Source: Clostridia bacterium (GTDB lineage Bacteria > Bacillota > Clostridia > Christensenellales > UBA1242). From it: a DNA stretch of 60,711 bases. Where the stretch lies: contig JAZODG010000047.1 of NCBI GenBank assembly GCA_045596905.1, forward strand, positions 1 to 60,711. Direction: 5' to 3'. Made by a program: the position numbers and the translations under genes. The notes beneath the pieces were generated by a model. The model did no database searches. It was given only the letters and a program-made list of their open reading frames with translations, and was not told the DNA's origin. Shown here in pieces: positions 28,537 to 39,070 of this stretch (the first letter of the stretch is position 1; the number at the start of each line of letters is the position of its first letter).

Positions 28537-28566
28537 AGAGATATGCATTTGCATATCTCTTTTTTT
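28537..28566 (+). terminator. Rho-independent terminator after rplS
   Basis: 10-bp stem AGAGATATGC / GCATATCTCT, loop ATTT, then TTTTTT. Confidence 0.85.
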
Positions 28567-28634
28567 GTGCGTTTATAACGCAATTTGAGTTTGTTTTTGT
28601 ATGGGTTTATGTTATTATTATATTGAGGTGTTAT

Positions 28635-30161
28635 ATGTTCTCAAAAATCAAAAGTTTTGGACTTCTTGGCTTGAATGGAGTTCAAATTGATGTTGAAGTC
28701 GATCAAAATAAGGGGCTTCCTAGTTATGACGTTGTTGGGCTTCCTGACGTGGCTGTTAAAGAATCAAAAGAAAGGGTTCGTTCAGCCATCAAAAATTCGG
28801 GATTCAATTTTCCTGTGAACAAAATCACAGTTAACCTTGCACCAGCAAACATAAAAAAGGCTGGTCCAATTTTTGACCTTCCAATTGCCGTTGCAATCTT
28901 GGTTTCAAGTGGGCAACTTGTTTCTACAACATATGACGATTTTGTTGTTATCGGAGAGCTTGGTCTTGACGGAAAAATAAAGAGTGTTGCAGGAGTTTTG
29001 CCAACACTTATTTCTGCAAGAGAGAGTGGACTTAAAAAGTTTATTATTCCAAAGGCAAATGAGAATGAAGCAAGCTATATTGAAGGCGTTGAAGTTTATG
29101 CTTTTTCCACGCTTTCAGAAGTGGTTGCATTTTTATCAAAAACACTTCTTGCTGAGCCTGTTAAAAACAAAAAATGGAAAGGTGAACTTTCAGACAAAAT
29201 AACCGAAAACTTCTCAAGAGTAAAGGGTCAAAGAATCGCAAAAAGAGCAATAGAAATAGCCGTTGCCGGTGGGCATAATATTTTAATGGTTGGTCCACCT
29301 GGGGCAGGAAAAACTATGATTGCCAGATGCATTCCGTCAGTCATGCCAGACATGACTTTTGAAGAAGCACTTGAAACAACAAAGATTCATTCAATAGCAG
29401 GCACTCTTGACCTTAAAAAAGGTGTGCTTTCATCAAGACCTTTTAGAAGTCCACACCATACTGCGTCAACAGTTGCACTTACTGGTGGTGGAAAAGATGC
29501 AAAGCCAGGGGAAGTGAGTTTGGCATCAAACGGTGTGTTGTTTTTAGATGAACTTCCTGAATATCAAAGAACAACTCTTGAAACGCTTCGTCAACCACTT
29601 GAAGATGGCGTTATAACCGTGTCAAGAGCAACTGGAACTTATGAATATCCAGCAAACTTTATGCTGGTTGCTTCAATGAATCCATGTCCTTGTGGAAACT
29701 ATGGCGCTAAAGACATGACATGTTCGTGCACTCCGGCTGCGATTCAAAATTATTTAAAGAGATTATCGGGACCATTGCTTGACAGAATTGACCTTAAAAT
29801 TGACGTTGAAAGAGTTGATTTTCTTGAGCTTTCTGCAAAGTCAGATGAAGAGACCAGTGAAGAAATAAAACAAAGAGTTGACTTAGCAAGAGCCGTGCAA
29901 AATGAAAGATTCAAAGGCTTAAAAATACACACCAATGCAAAGATGAACTCAAAGATGATAAATGAGTATTGTGCTCTTGACTCAGAGTCTGAAAAGATTA
30001 TGAAACTAGCTTTTGAAAAATATCATATTTCAGCACGTGGCTACACAAGAATTTTGAAGGTTGCAAGAACAATCGCTGACCTTGACGGCTCAGATAACAT
30101 TCAAATTAATCACTTGACTGAAGCCTTGGCTTATAGAAATATTGATAAATATCAAATGTAA
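28635..30161 (+). CDS. comM: YifB/ComM-family Mg-chelatase-like AAA+ ATPase
   Basis: Lon-like N-domain, Walker A GPPGAGKTM, Walker B LFLDELPE. ATG 28635 follows GAGGTG. Confidence 0.9.
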   Translation: MFSKIKSFGLLGLNGVQIDVEVDQNKGLPSYDVVGLPDVAVKESKERVRSAIKNSGFNFPVNKITVNLAPANIKKAGPIFDLPIAVAILVSSGQLVSTTYDDFVVIGELGLDGKIKSVAGVLPTLISARESGLKKFIIPKANENEASYIEGVEVYAFSTLSEVVAFLSKTLLAEPVKNKKWKGELSDKITENFSRVKGQRIAKRAIEIAVAGGHNILMVGPPGAGKTMIARCIPSVMPDMTFEEALETTKIHSIAGTLDLKKGVLSSRPFRSPHHTASTVALTGGGKDAKPGEVSLASNGVLFLDELPEYQRTTLETLRQPLEDGVITVSRATGTYEYPANFMLVASMNPCPCGNYGAKDMTCSCTPAAIQNYLKRLSGPLLDRIDLKIDVERVDFLELSAKSDEETSEEIKQRVDLARAVQNERFKGLKIHTNAKMNSKMINEYCALDSESEKIMKLAFEKYHISARGYTRILKVARTIADLDGSDNIQINHLTEALAYRNIDKYQM

Positions 30162-30178
30162 AAACTGAAGGAAAACAT

Positions 30179-31264
30179 ATGTTTAATAAAGACGAAATTA
30201 TATTTTTGTGGTTTGACTATAATGGTTATTCTTTCTTGAAACTTGAAAAGATTTTAAAGAGTTTTGATGAAATTTCAGACCTTTTTGATAAAAATAAGGT
30301 AAAATCTGCGATTTTTGAAAAAGGAACAGAAGAAATTAAGCAAAAACTGCTTTCTGCAGATTTTGAAGAGTTTGAATCAAGAGTTTCTGATGAACTTTAT
30401 AAAAATAATGTTCAAGCAGTGACCTTTATTTCAAAAGGATATCCAATTAAACTTAAAACCATTGATGAGCCACCACTTGTGTTATACACAAAAGGTGACG
30501 TGTCACTACTCAATAAGAAAACTATTTCAATTGTCGGAACAAGAACTCCAAGTGACTATGGAAAGATTGTGTGTGAAAAGTTTACAAAAGAACTTTCTGG
30601 TGCAGGGCTTGTGACAGTGTCAGGACTAGCATATGGCATTGACACTATTGTTGCTGAAACTTCACTTGATTGTGGTGGAAAGACAATTGCTGTTTTAGGT
30701 GGTGGGCTTGATTCAATTTATCCTGCATCAAACACAAACCTTGCAAAAAGAGTTAGTGAAAATGGTTTGCTTGTTAGTGAATATAGAATAGGCGTTAAGC
30801 CAACAACTTATTCATTTGTAAATAGAAACAGAATCGTGGCTGCTCTTGGACTTGGAACGCTTATTGTTGAAGCAGGAAAGAAAAGTGGAACAATGACAAC
30901 AGCAAAGTTTGCAATCGACCAGTCAAGAGAGCTTTTTGTTGTGCCTGGAAATATTTATTCAAAGCAAAGTGAAGGAACAAACAACTTGATAAACGAAATG
31001 CCAGACACATTCACCATTTCGCCTGACAGAATCTTATATCGTTTGGGAATAGAAAAGAAACAGGTTCAGCAATCGTTTTTTGATTCAAGCAAAGAACCTG
31101 AAGAAAATGTGATTTTAAAGGTGCTTTCAAATGGAGAACTTTCATTTGATGAGCTATGCGACAAAACAAATATGAAGCCATCTGAACTTTCAAGTGAGCT
31201 TATTCGCCTTGAAATGTTTGGACTTATAAAAAAGGGTAATGGAAATATTTATTACAAAATGTAG
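30179..31264 (+). CDS. dprA: DNA-processing protein DprA
   Basis: VSGLAYGIDTIVAE, KKSGTMTTAKFAIDQSRELFVVPG, C-terminal winged-helix-like tail. Confidence 0.9.
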   Translation: MFNKDEIIFLWFDYNGYSFLKLEKILKSFDEISDLFDKNKVKSAIFEKGTEEIKQKLLSADFEEFESRVSDELYKNNVQAVTFISKGYPIKLKTIDEPPLVLYTKGDVSLLNKKTISIVGTRTPSDYGKIVCEKFTKELSGAGLVTVSGLAYGIDTIVAETSLDCGGKTIAVLGGGLDSIYPASNTNLAKRVSENGLLVSEYRIGVKPTTYSFVNRNRIVAALGLGTLIVEAGKKSGTMTTAKFAIDQSRELFVVPGNIYSKQSEGTNNLINEMPDTFTISPDRILYRLGIEKKQVQQSFFDSSKEPEENVILKVLSNGELSFDELCDKTNMKPSELSSELIRLEMFGLIKKGNGNIYYKM

Positions 31265-31408
31265 ATTTGAGACAAAATATCAAAAATGTTACATAATCAG
31301 ACAAAAAGATTAATAATCGTTTGAGAGATATAAATTTTTTGATATGCTTGTTAATTGACAAACCCGAAGTTATTGTGCTATTTTATGGAAGATACAATGG
31401 AGAAAATT

Positions 31409-31957
31409 ATGAACAGAACAAAAGTATTTGAAACTGAAAGATTGATTTTGAGAAAAATTGAGGCAACCGACGCTGAAAATATGTTCAAAAACTATTGCAG
31501 CGATGACGAAGTTACAAAATATCTAAGATGGAAGTCTCACAAAACAGTTGAAGACACAATTGGCTATGTCAAAAATTTTGTTTTGCCTGATTATGACAAT
31601 GAGTTTTGTTATAGATGGGCAATTGTTTTGAAAGAAACAAACGAAATGATTGGCTGTATTGACGTTGTTGAATATGACGCAAAAAAGAGAGCTGTTGAGC
31701 TTGGCTGGGTTATTGGTAGAGCTTATTGGGGCAAAGGCATCATGCCAGAAGCCGCAATGGTTGTTCGTGATTATCTTTTTGATGAAGGTATTGTTAGAGT
31801 GTCTGCTCATCACAATATCGAAAACCCAAAGAGTGGCAGGGTTATGCAAAAAATTGGCATGACATATGAAGGCAGACTTCATAAATATTCATTCAATAAT
31901 GACGGAGAACTCATTGACGTTGACGTTTATGCCATTATTAATGAAAAAGCTTTATAA
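31409..31957 (+). CDS. GNAT-family N-acetyltransferase (RimJ/RimL-like)
   Basis: FETERLILRKIE ... ELGWVIGRAYWGKGIMPEA. Start chosen at ATG 31409 after GGAGA; ATG 31385 and 31397 are alternatives. Confidence 0.8.
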   Translation: MNRTKVFETERLILRKIEATDAENMFKNYCSDDEVTKYLRWKSHKTVEDTIGYVKNFVLPDYDNEFCYRWAIVLKETNEMIGCIDVVEYDAKKRAVELGWVIGRAYWGKGIMPEAAMVVRDYLFDEGIVRVSAHHNIENPKSGRVMQKIGMTYEGRLHKYSFNNDGELIDVDVYAIINEKAL

Positions 31958-31998
31958 TATATAATGTTTAGAATGTAAAAGGAAGTTAAGGAGATTTT

Positions 31999-34200
31999 AT
32001 GAAACTCGTTTTGATAGAAGGTCCTGGTAAAAGAGAAAGTGTTCAACACTATTTAGGTAGCGACTATAAGGTTATGCCTACTTTTGGACACTGTAGAGAT
32101 TTGCCTGAAAAGACCTTGGGAGTTAATGTAACTAAAAATTTTGAACCAGAATATGTTTTAGTTCCAAGTCACAAAAAATATGTTGATGACATTAAAAGAG
32201 AACTTAAAAAAGCTGAAAGAGTATATTTTGCAAGCGACCCTGACCGTGAAGGAGAAGCAATTGCTTGGCATATGTGTCATCTTTTGGATATTGACCCAAA
32301 TGAACCAAACAGAATAACATATAACGAAATTTCTGAAGTTGCTGTTAATGAAGCGATAAAAAACCCAAGACCAATCGATAGCAAGCTTGTTGATGCTCAG
32401 CAAGCAAGAAGAGTGCTTGACCGTCTTGTTGGTTATAAAATATCTCCAATACTTTGCAAAAAGATTCAAAATAATCTTTCTGCAGGACGTGTTCAATCAG
32501 TAACACTTCGCTTGGTGGTTGATAGAGAAAGAGAAATTTTAAACTTCAAGCCTGAAGAGTATTGGACACTTCAAGTTATTCTTAATAAAACCGATGGCAC
32601 AAGTGAAACTTTTAAAGCTAGTTTGAATCTTGGAAAAGATAAAACTGTAAAAAATAAAGAAGAAATGGACAAGATTATTGCAGACATTATGGGGCAAGAA
32701 TTTGTTGCAACAAATGTAAAAAAATCAATTGCAAAATCTTCTCCAAGCGCACCATTTACAACTTCAACAATGCAACAAGAAGCACTCAACAAACTTGGAA
32801 TGAGTTTGAAAACAACTTCTGCAACTGCACAAACCCTTTATGAAGGTGTTGAAATTGCTGGTGGCGGCAAGCAACCTCTTGTAACATATATTAGAACTGA
32901 CTCAACCCGTGTTGCGCCAGAAGCTCAAGCAAAAGCAAAAGCATTTATTAAAGCTAACTATGGTGACAAGTATGCACTTGAAAAACCAAGAAGCTTTAAA
33001 AATAAAAAAGACGCACAAGATGCGCACGAAGCTATTCGTCCAATCTCTCTTGATCGTCGTCCTGAAGACCTAAAAGACAGAATCAAAAAAGACGAATATC
33101 GCTTGTATAAACTCATTTATGACAGATTCTTAGCAAGTCAAATGGCTGATGCGACATATAATGCGTTAACCGTTGATTTTGACTGCAATGGACATAAATT
33201 TAAAACAACAGGAAAGAGTTTGATATTTGAAGGTTACACAGCACTTTATAACAACCAACCAGCAGACGAAGAAGAAAATGAAGGCAGTGCAAAACTTCCA
33301 AGTATTGAAAAGGGCGACAAGTTCCTTGCAAAAGAAACAAAGCCTGAACAAAAATGGACAAAACCACCTGCTAGATACACTGAAGCTAGTCTTGTTAAGG
33401 CTATGGAAGAAAAGGGTATTGGTCGTCCATCAACATACACTCAATCTGTTACAACATTGTTTAATAGAAAATACGTTGAAAAAGACGGAAAAGTAATCAA
33501 ACCAACAGAACTTGGAAATGTTGTTGTTGATATGCTTATTAAGTTCTTCCCAAATATTATGGACATTAAATTTACTGCTGAAATGGAAGATAGTCTTGAC
33601 GACATTGAATATGCAGGAAAAGATTGGCATAAGGTTCTTGATGAATTTTATTATGATTTTGACGCTGCTGTAAAAAATGCTATGACTGATGGAACAAAAG
33701 CAAAGATTCCTGATGAACCAACAGACATTATTTGCGAAAAATGTGGAGCAAAAATGGTTGTTCGTGCAGGAAGATTTGGAAAGTTCTTAGCTTGTCCAAA
33801 CTATCCAACTTGCAAAAATACTAGACCACTTGATGATGAGAAAAAGGTGGTTGCAAAATGCCCAAAATGTGGCAAAGACGTTCTTCAAAGAAAATCAAAA
33901 CGTGGAAAAATTTTCTATAGTTGTGAAAATTATCCAGAATGTGATTATTCATCATGGAATATTCCAGCAAACGAAAACTGTCCAGACTGCAAAGAAGAAA
34001 TGATTGTGAAGTTATATAAAAACATGAAGGTTGTTTCTTGCACAAAGTGTGGATATTCAAGAAAAGAGAAGATTGCTTCATCAAAACCACAAACCGAAAA
34101 TGATTTTGACGCAAATCTTGTTCCACCAGCTGAAGAAAATGAATATTTTGACGGCATTGATATATTAAATAAGTTAGATGAGCAAAATGAAAACAGTTAA
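31999..34200 (+). CDS. topA: DNA topoisomerase I
   Basis: Toprim EGPGK / DPDREGE, active-site Tyr region YIRTDS, three C-terminal C4 zinc ribbons. Confidence 0.96.
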   Translation: MKLVLIEGPGKRESVQHYLGSDYKVMPTFGHCRDLPEKTLGVNVTKNFEPEYVLVPSHKKYVDDIKRELKKAERVYFASDPDREGEAIAWHMCHLLDIDPNEPNRITYNEISEVAVNEAIKNPRPIDSKLVDAQQARRVLDRLVGYKISPILCKKIQNNLSAGRVQSVTLRLVVDREREILNFKPEEYWTLQVILNKTDGTSETFKASLNLGKDKTVKNKEEMDKIIADIMGQEFVATNVKKSIAKSSPSAPFTTSTMQQEALNKLGMSLKTTSATAQTLYEGVEIAGGGKQPLVTYIRTDSTRVAPEAQAKAKAFIKANYGDKYALEKPRSFKNKKDAQDAHEAIRPISLDRRPEDLKDRIKKDEYRLYKLIYDRFLASQMADATYNALTVDFDCNGHKFKTTGKSLIFEGYTALYNNQPADEEENEGSAKLPSIEKGDKFLAKETKPEQKWTKPPARYTEASLVKAMEEKGIGRPSTYTQSVTTLFNRKYVEKDGKVIKPTELGNVVVDMLIKFFPNIMDIKFTAEMEDSLDDIEYAGKDWHKVLDEFYYDFDAAVKNAMTDGTKAKIPDEPTDIICEKCGAKMVVRAGRFGKFLACPNYPTCKNTRPLDDEKKVVAKCPKCGKDVLQRKSKRGKIFYSCENYPECDYSSWNIPANENCPDCKEEMIVKLYKNMKVVSCTKCGYSRKEKIASSKPQTENDFDANLVPPAEENEYFDGIDILNKLDEQNENS

Positions 34201-35500
34201 TGTTATAGGTTTAGGTCTTGCAGGTAGTGAAGCAACTTACCAACTTGCAAGAAGGGGTATCTTGGTTGATGCTTATGAAATGAAGCCAACCAAGTTTTCT
34301 CCTGCACACAATTCTGCAAATTTTGCTGAAGTGGTTTGTTCAAACTCATTTAAAAGCGATGATTTGTCAACAGCTTCAGGCTGCTTGAAAGCTGAAATGC
34401 GTGAGTTTGATAGCTTGATTTTAAAGTGTGCAGAAAAATCAAAAGTTCCGGCAGGTTCAGCACTTGCTGTTGATAGAGACAAGTTTAGTGAGCTTGTTAC
34501 TGAAGAAATTAAAAAGTTAAAAGGTGTCACTATTCACACTGAAGAAGTGACAAAAATTGACCTGTCAAAACCAACAATTATTGCAACTGGTCCACTTACA
34601 AGTGACGACCTTTCAAAAGAACTTCAAGCATTGCTTGGTGAAGATAATTTGCATTTTTATGATGCATCAGCGCCAATAATTGACGGAGAAACTATTGATA
34701 AGTCAAAGTCTTTCACTGCTGGAAGATATGGTAAAGGCGAAAGCGATTATATTAATCTTCCGATGAATAAAGAAGAATATTATGCGTTTATTGATGAGCT
34801 TGTGAATGCCGAAAAAATAGAAATGCATAACTTTGAAAAGAAAGAGATTTTTGAAGGTTGCATGCCCGTTGAAGTCATGGCATCAAGGGGAAGAGATACT
34901 CTTAGATACGGTCCACTTCGTCCTGTGGGGCTCAGACTTGAGGACGGCACAAGACCTTTTGCAGTTGTTCAGCTTAGAAAAGAAAGCACAGAAAATGAGC
35001 TTTATAATATTGTTGGCTTCCAAACAAATCTTAAGTGGGGCGAACAAAAAAGAGTATTTTCAATGATACCTGCACTTAAAGATGCTGACTTTATCAAATA
35101 TGGCGTCATGCACAGAAACAGCTTTATTTGTGCTCCAAAACACTTGAATGAAGACTTTAGTTTAAAGTCAAATCCACTTGTGTTTATTGCTGGACAGCTT
35201 TCGGGTGTTGAAGGCTACATGGAAAGCACTGCAAGTGGAATGATTGCTGGAATTAGTCTAGCAAATAAATTAAATGGACAAAGTCTTGAAATTTTGCCAA
35301 AAACAACTATAATTGGAGCTATAACAAGATATATAACAACGGCAAGTCCTGAAAATTTTCAACCTATGAATGCAAATTTTGGAATATTGCCGCCACTTGA
35401 AGAAAAAATAAAAGATAAGGCTTTAAAAAAACTTGCTTACTCAAAAAGAGCTATTGAAGACTTAAAACAATACAAGGAGAATAACAATGTTACAGTTTAG
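34178..35500 (+). CDS. trmFO: Methylenetetrahydrofolate--tRNA-(uracil54-C5)-methyltransferase TrmFO
   Basis: [16 protein letters not shown]-binding fold, 440 aa, follows topA. The start could also be ATG 34187. Confidence 0.92.
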   Translation: MSKMKTVNVIGLGLAGSEATYQLARRGILVDAYEMKPTKFSPAHNSANFAEVVCSNSFKSDDLSTASGCLKAEMREFDSLILKCAEKSKVPAGSALAVDRDKFSELVTEEIKKLKGVTIHTEEVTKIDLSKPTIIATGPLTSDDLSKELQALLGEDNLHFYDASAPIIDGETIDKSKSFTAGRYGKGESDYINLPMNKEEYYAFIDELVNAEKIEMHNFEKKEIFEGCMPVEVMASRGRDTLRYGPLRPVGLRLEDGTRPFAVVQLRKESTENELYNIVGFQTNLKWGEQKRVFSMIPALKDADFIKYGVMHRNSFICAPKHLNEDFSLKSNPLVFIAGQLSGVEGYMESTASGMIAGISLANKLNGQSLEILPKTTIIGAITRYITTASPENFQPMNANFGILPPLEEKIKDKALKKLAYSKRAIEDLKQYKENNNVTV

Positions 35501-36023
35501 AGGAACAACAATTATTGGCGTAAAAAAAGACGGAAAGATTGTTCTTGCTGGTGATGGTCAGGTGACTGCTGGCGAACACACAATCTTTAAAGGAAATGCA
35601 AGAAAAGTTCGTAGAATTTTTAATGATAAGGTTGTGATTGGTTTTGCTGGCTCAACAGCTGACGCATTCAATCTTTCAGAACATTTTGAAAAAATGCTTG
35701 AAAAGTATTCAGGCAATTTGGAAAGAGCTGCAGTTGAACTTGCACTTTTATGGCGTGGCGACAAGGCTATTCGTCAACTTGATGCAATGATGATTGTTGC
35801 TGACAAAGAACAATTGTTAATCATTTCAGGAAACGGTGACGTGTTTGAGCCAGAAGGTGGTGTATGTGCAATCGGTTCTGGTGGAAACTATGCACTTTCT
35901 GCAGGAAAAGCACTTTATGAAAACACAAAACTTTCTGCAAGAGAAATTGCTGAAAAAGCAATGAAGATTGCAGGGGATATTTGTGTTTATACAAATGACC
36001 ACATCACAGTTGAGGAGGTGTAA
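35487..36023 (+). CDS. hslV: ATP-dependent protease subunit HslV
   Basis: [21 protein letters not shown]. Confidence 0.93.
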   Translation: MLQFRGTTIIGVKKDGKIVLAGDGQVTAGEHTIFKGNARKVRRIFNDKVVIGFAGSTADAFNLSEHFEKMLEKYSGNLERAAVELALLWRGDKAIRQLDAMMIVADKEQLLIISGNGDVFEPEGGVCAIGSGGNYALSAGKALYENTKLSAREIAEKAMKIAGDICVYTNDHITVEEV

Positions 36024-36024
36024 T

Positions 36025-37359
36025 ATGAGCACAGGTTTATCACCAAAACAGATTGTAAACGAACTTGACAAATATATCATTGGTCAAGGCGAAGCAAAAA
36101 AAGCTGTTGCAATTGCACTTAGAAACAGATATAGAAGAAGCAAACTTTCAGCTGAAATTAGAGAAGAAATCACACCAAAAAACATTATCATGCAAGGTCC
36201 AACAGGTGTTGGTAAAACAGAAATTGCAAGAAGACTTGCAAAACTTGTAAAAGCTCCATTTGTAAAGGTTGAAGCAACAAAGTTTACTGAAGTTGGTTAT
36301 GTTGGTAGAGATGTTGAATCAATCATTCGTGACTTGGCTGAAGCATCAGTTAGACTTGTAAAAAAAGAAAGATTTGATGAAGTTCATGACAAGGCTGAAA
36401 GAGCAACATATGACAGACTTGTATTGGCTTTATATCAATCATACAAAACAAAGCATCCAGAAATGGCAGATGACACACTTCGTGACCACATTATTGAAGA
36501 CTTGAAAGAACACAGAATCGACAATGAGATTGTTGAAGTTGAAGTTGTTGATGATTCAAATGCAGGACCAATGCAAATGCTTGGTGGTGGCATGGGAATG
36601 GAAATTAATATCAGCGAAATGCTTGGTGGAATTTTGCCAAAGAAAAAGAAGAAAAAGCGTTTGGCTGTTGTTGATGCAATGCATATTTTCATGAACGAAG
36701 AAAGTGAAAAACTTATTGATATGGATAATGTTTCGGCTGAAGCTATCAGACGTGCAGAACAAGACGGTATTGTGTTTATTGATGAAATTGACAAAATCAC
36801 TGGCAAAGGTTCTTCTGGTTCTGGTCATGGACCTGACGTTTCAAGAGAAGGTGTTCAAAGAGACTTGCTTCCAATTGTTGAAGGCAGCACAGTTTCAACA
36901 AAATATGGACCAATCAGAACAGACTTTATATTGTTTATTGCTGCAGGTGCGTTCCACTTGTCAAGAATCGAAGATTTGATTCCTGAACTTCAAGGACGTT
37001 TCCCAACATTGGTTGCACTCAACAGTTTGAAATATGATGACTTTGTGAAGATTTTGCAAGATACTGAAAACTCATTATTGTTGCAATATTCAAGTCTTTT
37101 GAAGGTTGATAACATCAATTTAGTGTTCAAAAAAGACGGCATTGAAGAAATTGCAAGAATTGCTGTTATGGCAAACGAAACAAATGAAAACATTGGTGCA
37201 AGAAGACTCCATTCAATCATGGAAAGCTTGCTTGAAGACATTTCGTTTAATGCTACCGGCGACCATCCAGTGATTGATATTGAAGTTGACAAGAAATATG
37301 TTGATGAACATTTGGTTAATATATGCAAAAAGTTTGACCTTGGAAAATATATTTTGTAA
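36025..37359 (+). CDS. hslU: ATP-dependent protease ATPase subunit HslU
   Basis: PKQIVNELDKYIIGQ, Walker A GPTGVGKTEIARRLA, Walker B FIDEIDKI. ATG 36025 follows GAGGAGGTG. Confidence 0.95.
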   Translation: MSTGLSPKQIVNELDKYIIGQGEAKKAVAIALRNRYRRSKLSAEIREEITPKNIIMQGPTGVGKTEIARRLAKLVKAPFVKVEATKFTEVGYVGRDVESIIRDLAEASVRLVKKERFDEVHDKAERATYDRLVLALYQSYKTKHPEMADDTLRDHIIEDLKEHRIDNEIVEVEVVDDSNAGPMQMLGGGMGMEINISEMLGGILPKKKKKKRLAVVDAMHIFMNEESEKLIDMDNVSAEAIRRAEQDGIVFIDEIDKITGKGSSGSGHGPDVSREGVQRDLLPIVEGSTVSTKYGPIRTDFILFIAAGAFHLSRIEDLIPELQGRFPTLVALNSLKYDDFVKILQDTENSLLLQYSSLLKVDNINLVFKKDGIEEIARIAVMANETNENIGARRLHSIMESLLEDISFNATGDHPVIDIEVDKKYVDEHLVNICKKFDLGKYIL

Positions 37360-37383
37360 TATTTGGATAGGGGGGAAGTGTTT

Positions 37384-37728
37384 ATGTTAAACGCAGGTAT
37401 TATGACAGATGAAGAATTTGAATCAATCTTAGTTGGTAAAAACAAGATTTGTATTTGTGACTTTTCAGCTTCTTGGTGTGGACCATGCAGACTTATGGCT
37501 CCAATCATGGAAGACATTTCAGAAAAGTATAAAAAGAGCTATTACTTTTATCAAATCGATATTGATAGTGCAGAAGAAATTGCAAAAAAATATAATATTG
37601 TAGCAGTTCCAACAATGATTATTTTTAAAGATGGAAAAGAACTTGGCAGGACTTCAGGTTATCAAGAATTTGAAGAGTTTGAAAAGTTTATGCTTGACAC
37701 AATTGAAAATGCAGAAAACGAAGGTTAA
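37384..37728 (+). CDS. trxA: Thioredoxin
   Basis: WCGPC active site. ATG 37384 follows the GGGGGGAAG SD. Confidence 0.9.
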   Translation: MLNAGIMTDEEFESILVGKNKICICDFSASWCGPCRLMAPIMEDISEKYKKSYYFYQIDIDSAEEIAKKYNIVAVPTMIIFKDGKELGRTSGYQEFEEFEKFMLDTIENAENEG

Positions 37729-37742
37729 TCCCTTCGTTTTTC
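37716..37742 (+). terminator. Rho-independent terminator after trxA
   Basis: AACGAAGG-TTAATC-CCTTCGTT followed by TTT; overlaps the stop codon. Confidence 0.8.
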
Positions 37743-37834
37743 TTTTAACGCAAAATCCGTCTTGATTTTATGGTTAAATTAACCAAAATTTCAAAAATTT
37801 TGCGTTTTTTTGTTATATTTTTTTAGAAATGGTA

Positions 37835-37863
37835 TTGATTTTTATCTCATATAGTTATATAAT
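37835..37863 (+). promoter_or_regulatory. Sigma-A type promoter for the nifS/iscU-like pair
   Basis: TTGATT (37835-37840), 17-nt spacer, TATAAT (37858-37863). Confidence 0.6.
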
Positions 37864-37890
37864 TATAATAGAAATCAAGGGGAGAAAACT

Positions 37891-39069
37891 ATGGATAAAA
37901 AATTATATTATTTAGATAATGCGACAACAACATTTCTTTCAGCTGATGTTTATAGAAAAATGTTAGAATGTTATTCAAAATGCCAAGCAAATAGTGCAAG
38001 TATTTATTCACTGGGCAGAACATCTGATGAAATGTTCTTGGAAGCTAGAGCAAAAGTTGCAAAAGCAATCGGTGCAAAGCCAGAAGAAATCTATTTCACA
38101 TCTGGTGCAACTGAAGCAAACAACTGGGCAATTAAGGGTCTTGCTAGAGCAAACAAAGCAAAAGGAAAACATATCATTACTTCAGCAATTGAACACACTT
38201 CAATTTTGGAGCCTTGCAAAGAACTTGAAGAAGAAGGTTTCAAAGTTACATATGTTCCTGTTGATGAAAACGGTGTTGTTGACTATGCATCAATTATCAA
38301 GGCGATTGGTCCTGACACTTGTTTAATTTCTATCATGATGGCAAACCACGAAGTTGGTTCACTTCAACCAATCAGAGCGATTGCTGAACTTGCAAAACAA
38401 AACGGTGTTTGTTTCCACACAGACGCTTGCCAAGCAATTGGTGCGATCAATATTAATGTTAAGGAAATCGGTGTTGACAGTCTTTCAATCTCTGCACATT
38501 TGGTTCACGGACCAAAGGGAATCGGTGCACTTTATGTTAAAGAAGACACAAAGATTGCAAACTTAATTTCTGGCGACAATAGAGATCCAAGAGCTGGAAG
38601 CTTGAGCATTCCACTTTGTGCAGGTTTTGGTGTTGCTATTGAAAATGCAACAACAAATCTTGATGAAAAGGTTAAGGCTGTTAGAATCATTCGTAAATAT
38701 TTCCAAAAGAAATTATCTGAAGCAGTTCATAACATTTCTTTAAATGGACATCCAACTCAAAGACTTGCAAACAACTGTTCAATTATGTTTGAAGGTGCTG
38801 AATCTGAAGCAGTTGTTATGCTTTTAGATAAAGAAGGTGTTTGTGCATCAACTTGCACCGGCATTGAAAACAAAACAAATGCTCCATCACATGTTCTTCT
38901 TGCAATGGGTAAAGAAGCTGAATGGGCAAGATCAAGCGTTAGATTTACACTTGGTTCAGACCTTACAAAAGAAGATATTGATGAAGTTGTTGAAATTATC
39001 AGAAAAGTCGTGAAAAAAGTTAGAAGTATTTCTGCTATAAGAATCTATAAGAACAAGGTGGAATTATAA
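37891..39069 (+). CDS. NifS/IscS-family cysteine desulfurase homolog lacking the PLP-binding lysine
   Basis: YLDNATTT, TSAIEH, HTDACQAIG, CASTCTG...PSHVLLAMG are conserved. Where the family has S(G/A)HK..GPKG, this reads SAHLVHGPKG (Leu codon TTG 38500-38502). Confidence 0.85.
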   Translation: MDKKLYYLDNATTTFLSADVYRKMLECYSKCQANSASIYSLGRTSDEMFLEARAKVAKAIGAKPEEIYFTSGATEANNWAIKGLARANKAKGKHIITSAIEHTSILEPCKELEEEGFKVTYVPVDENGVVDYASIIKAIGPDTCLISIMMANHEVGSLQPIRAIAELAKQNGVCFHTDACQAIGAININVKEIGVDSLSISAHLVHGPKGIGALYVKEDTKIANLISGDNRDPRAGSLSIPLCAGFGVAIENATTNLDEKVKAVRIIRKYFQKKLSEAVHNISLNGHPTQRLANNCSIMFEGAESEAVVMLLDKEGVCASTCTGIENKTNAPSHVLLAMGKEAEWARSSVRFTLGSDLTKEDIDEVVEIIRKVVKKVRSISAIRIYKNKVEL

Positions 39070-39070
39070 T

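Noticed and set aside
36990-37517. 175-aa minus-strand ORF
   Set aside because: It is antisense to the hslU 3' end and trxA. It has no SD or promoter and a low-complexity product.
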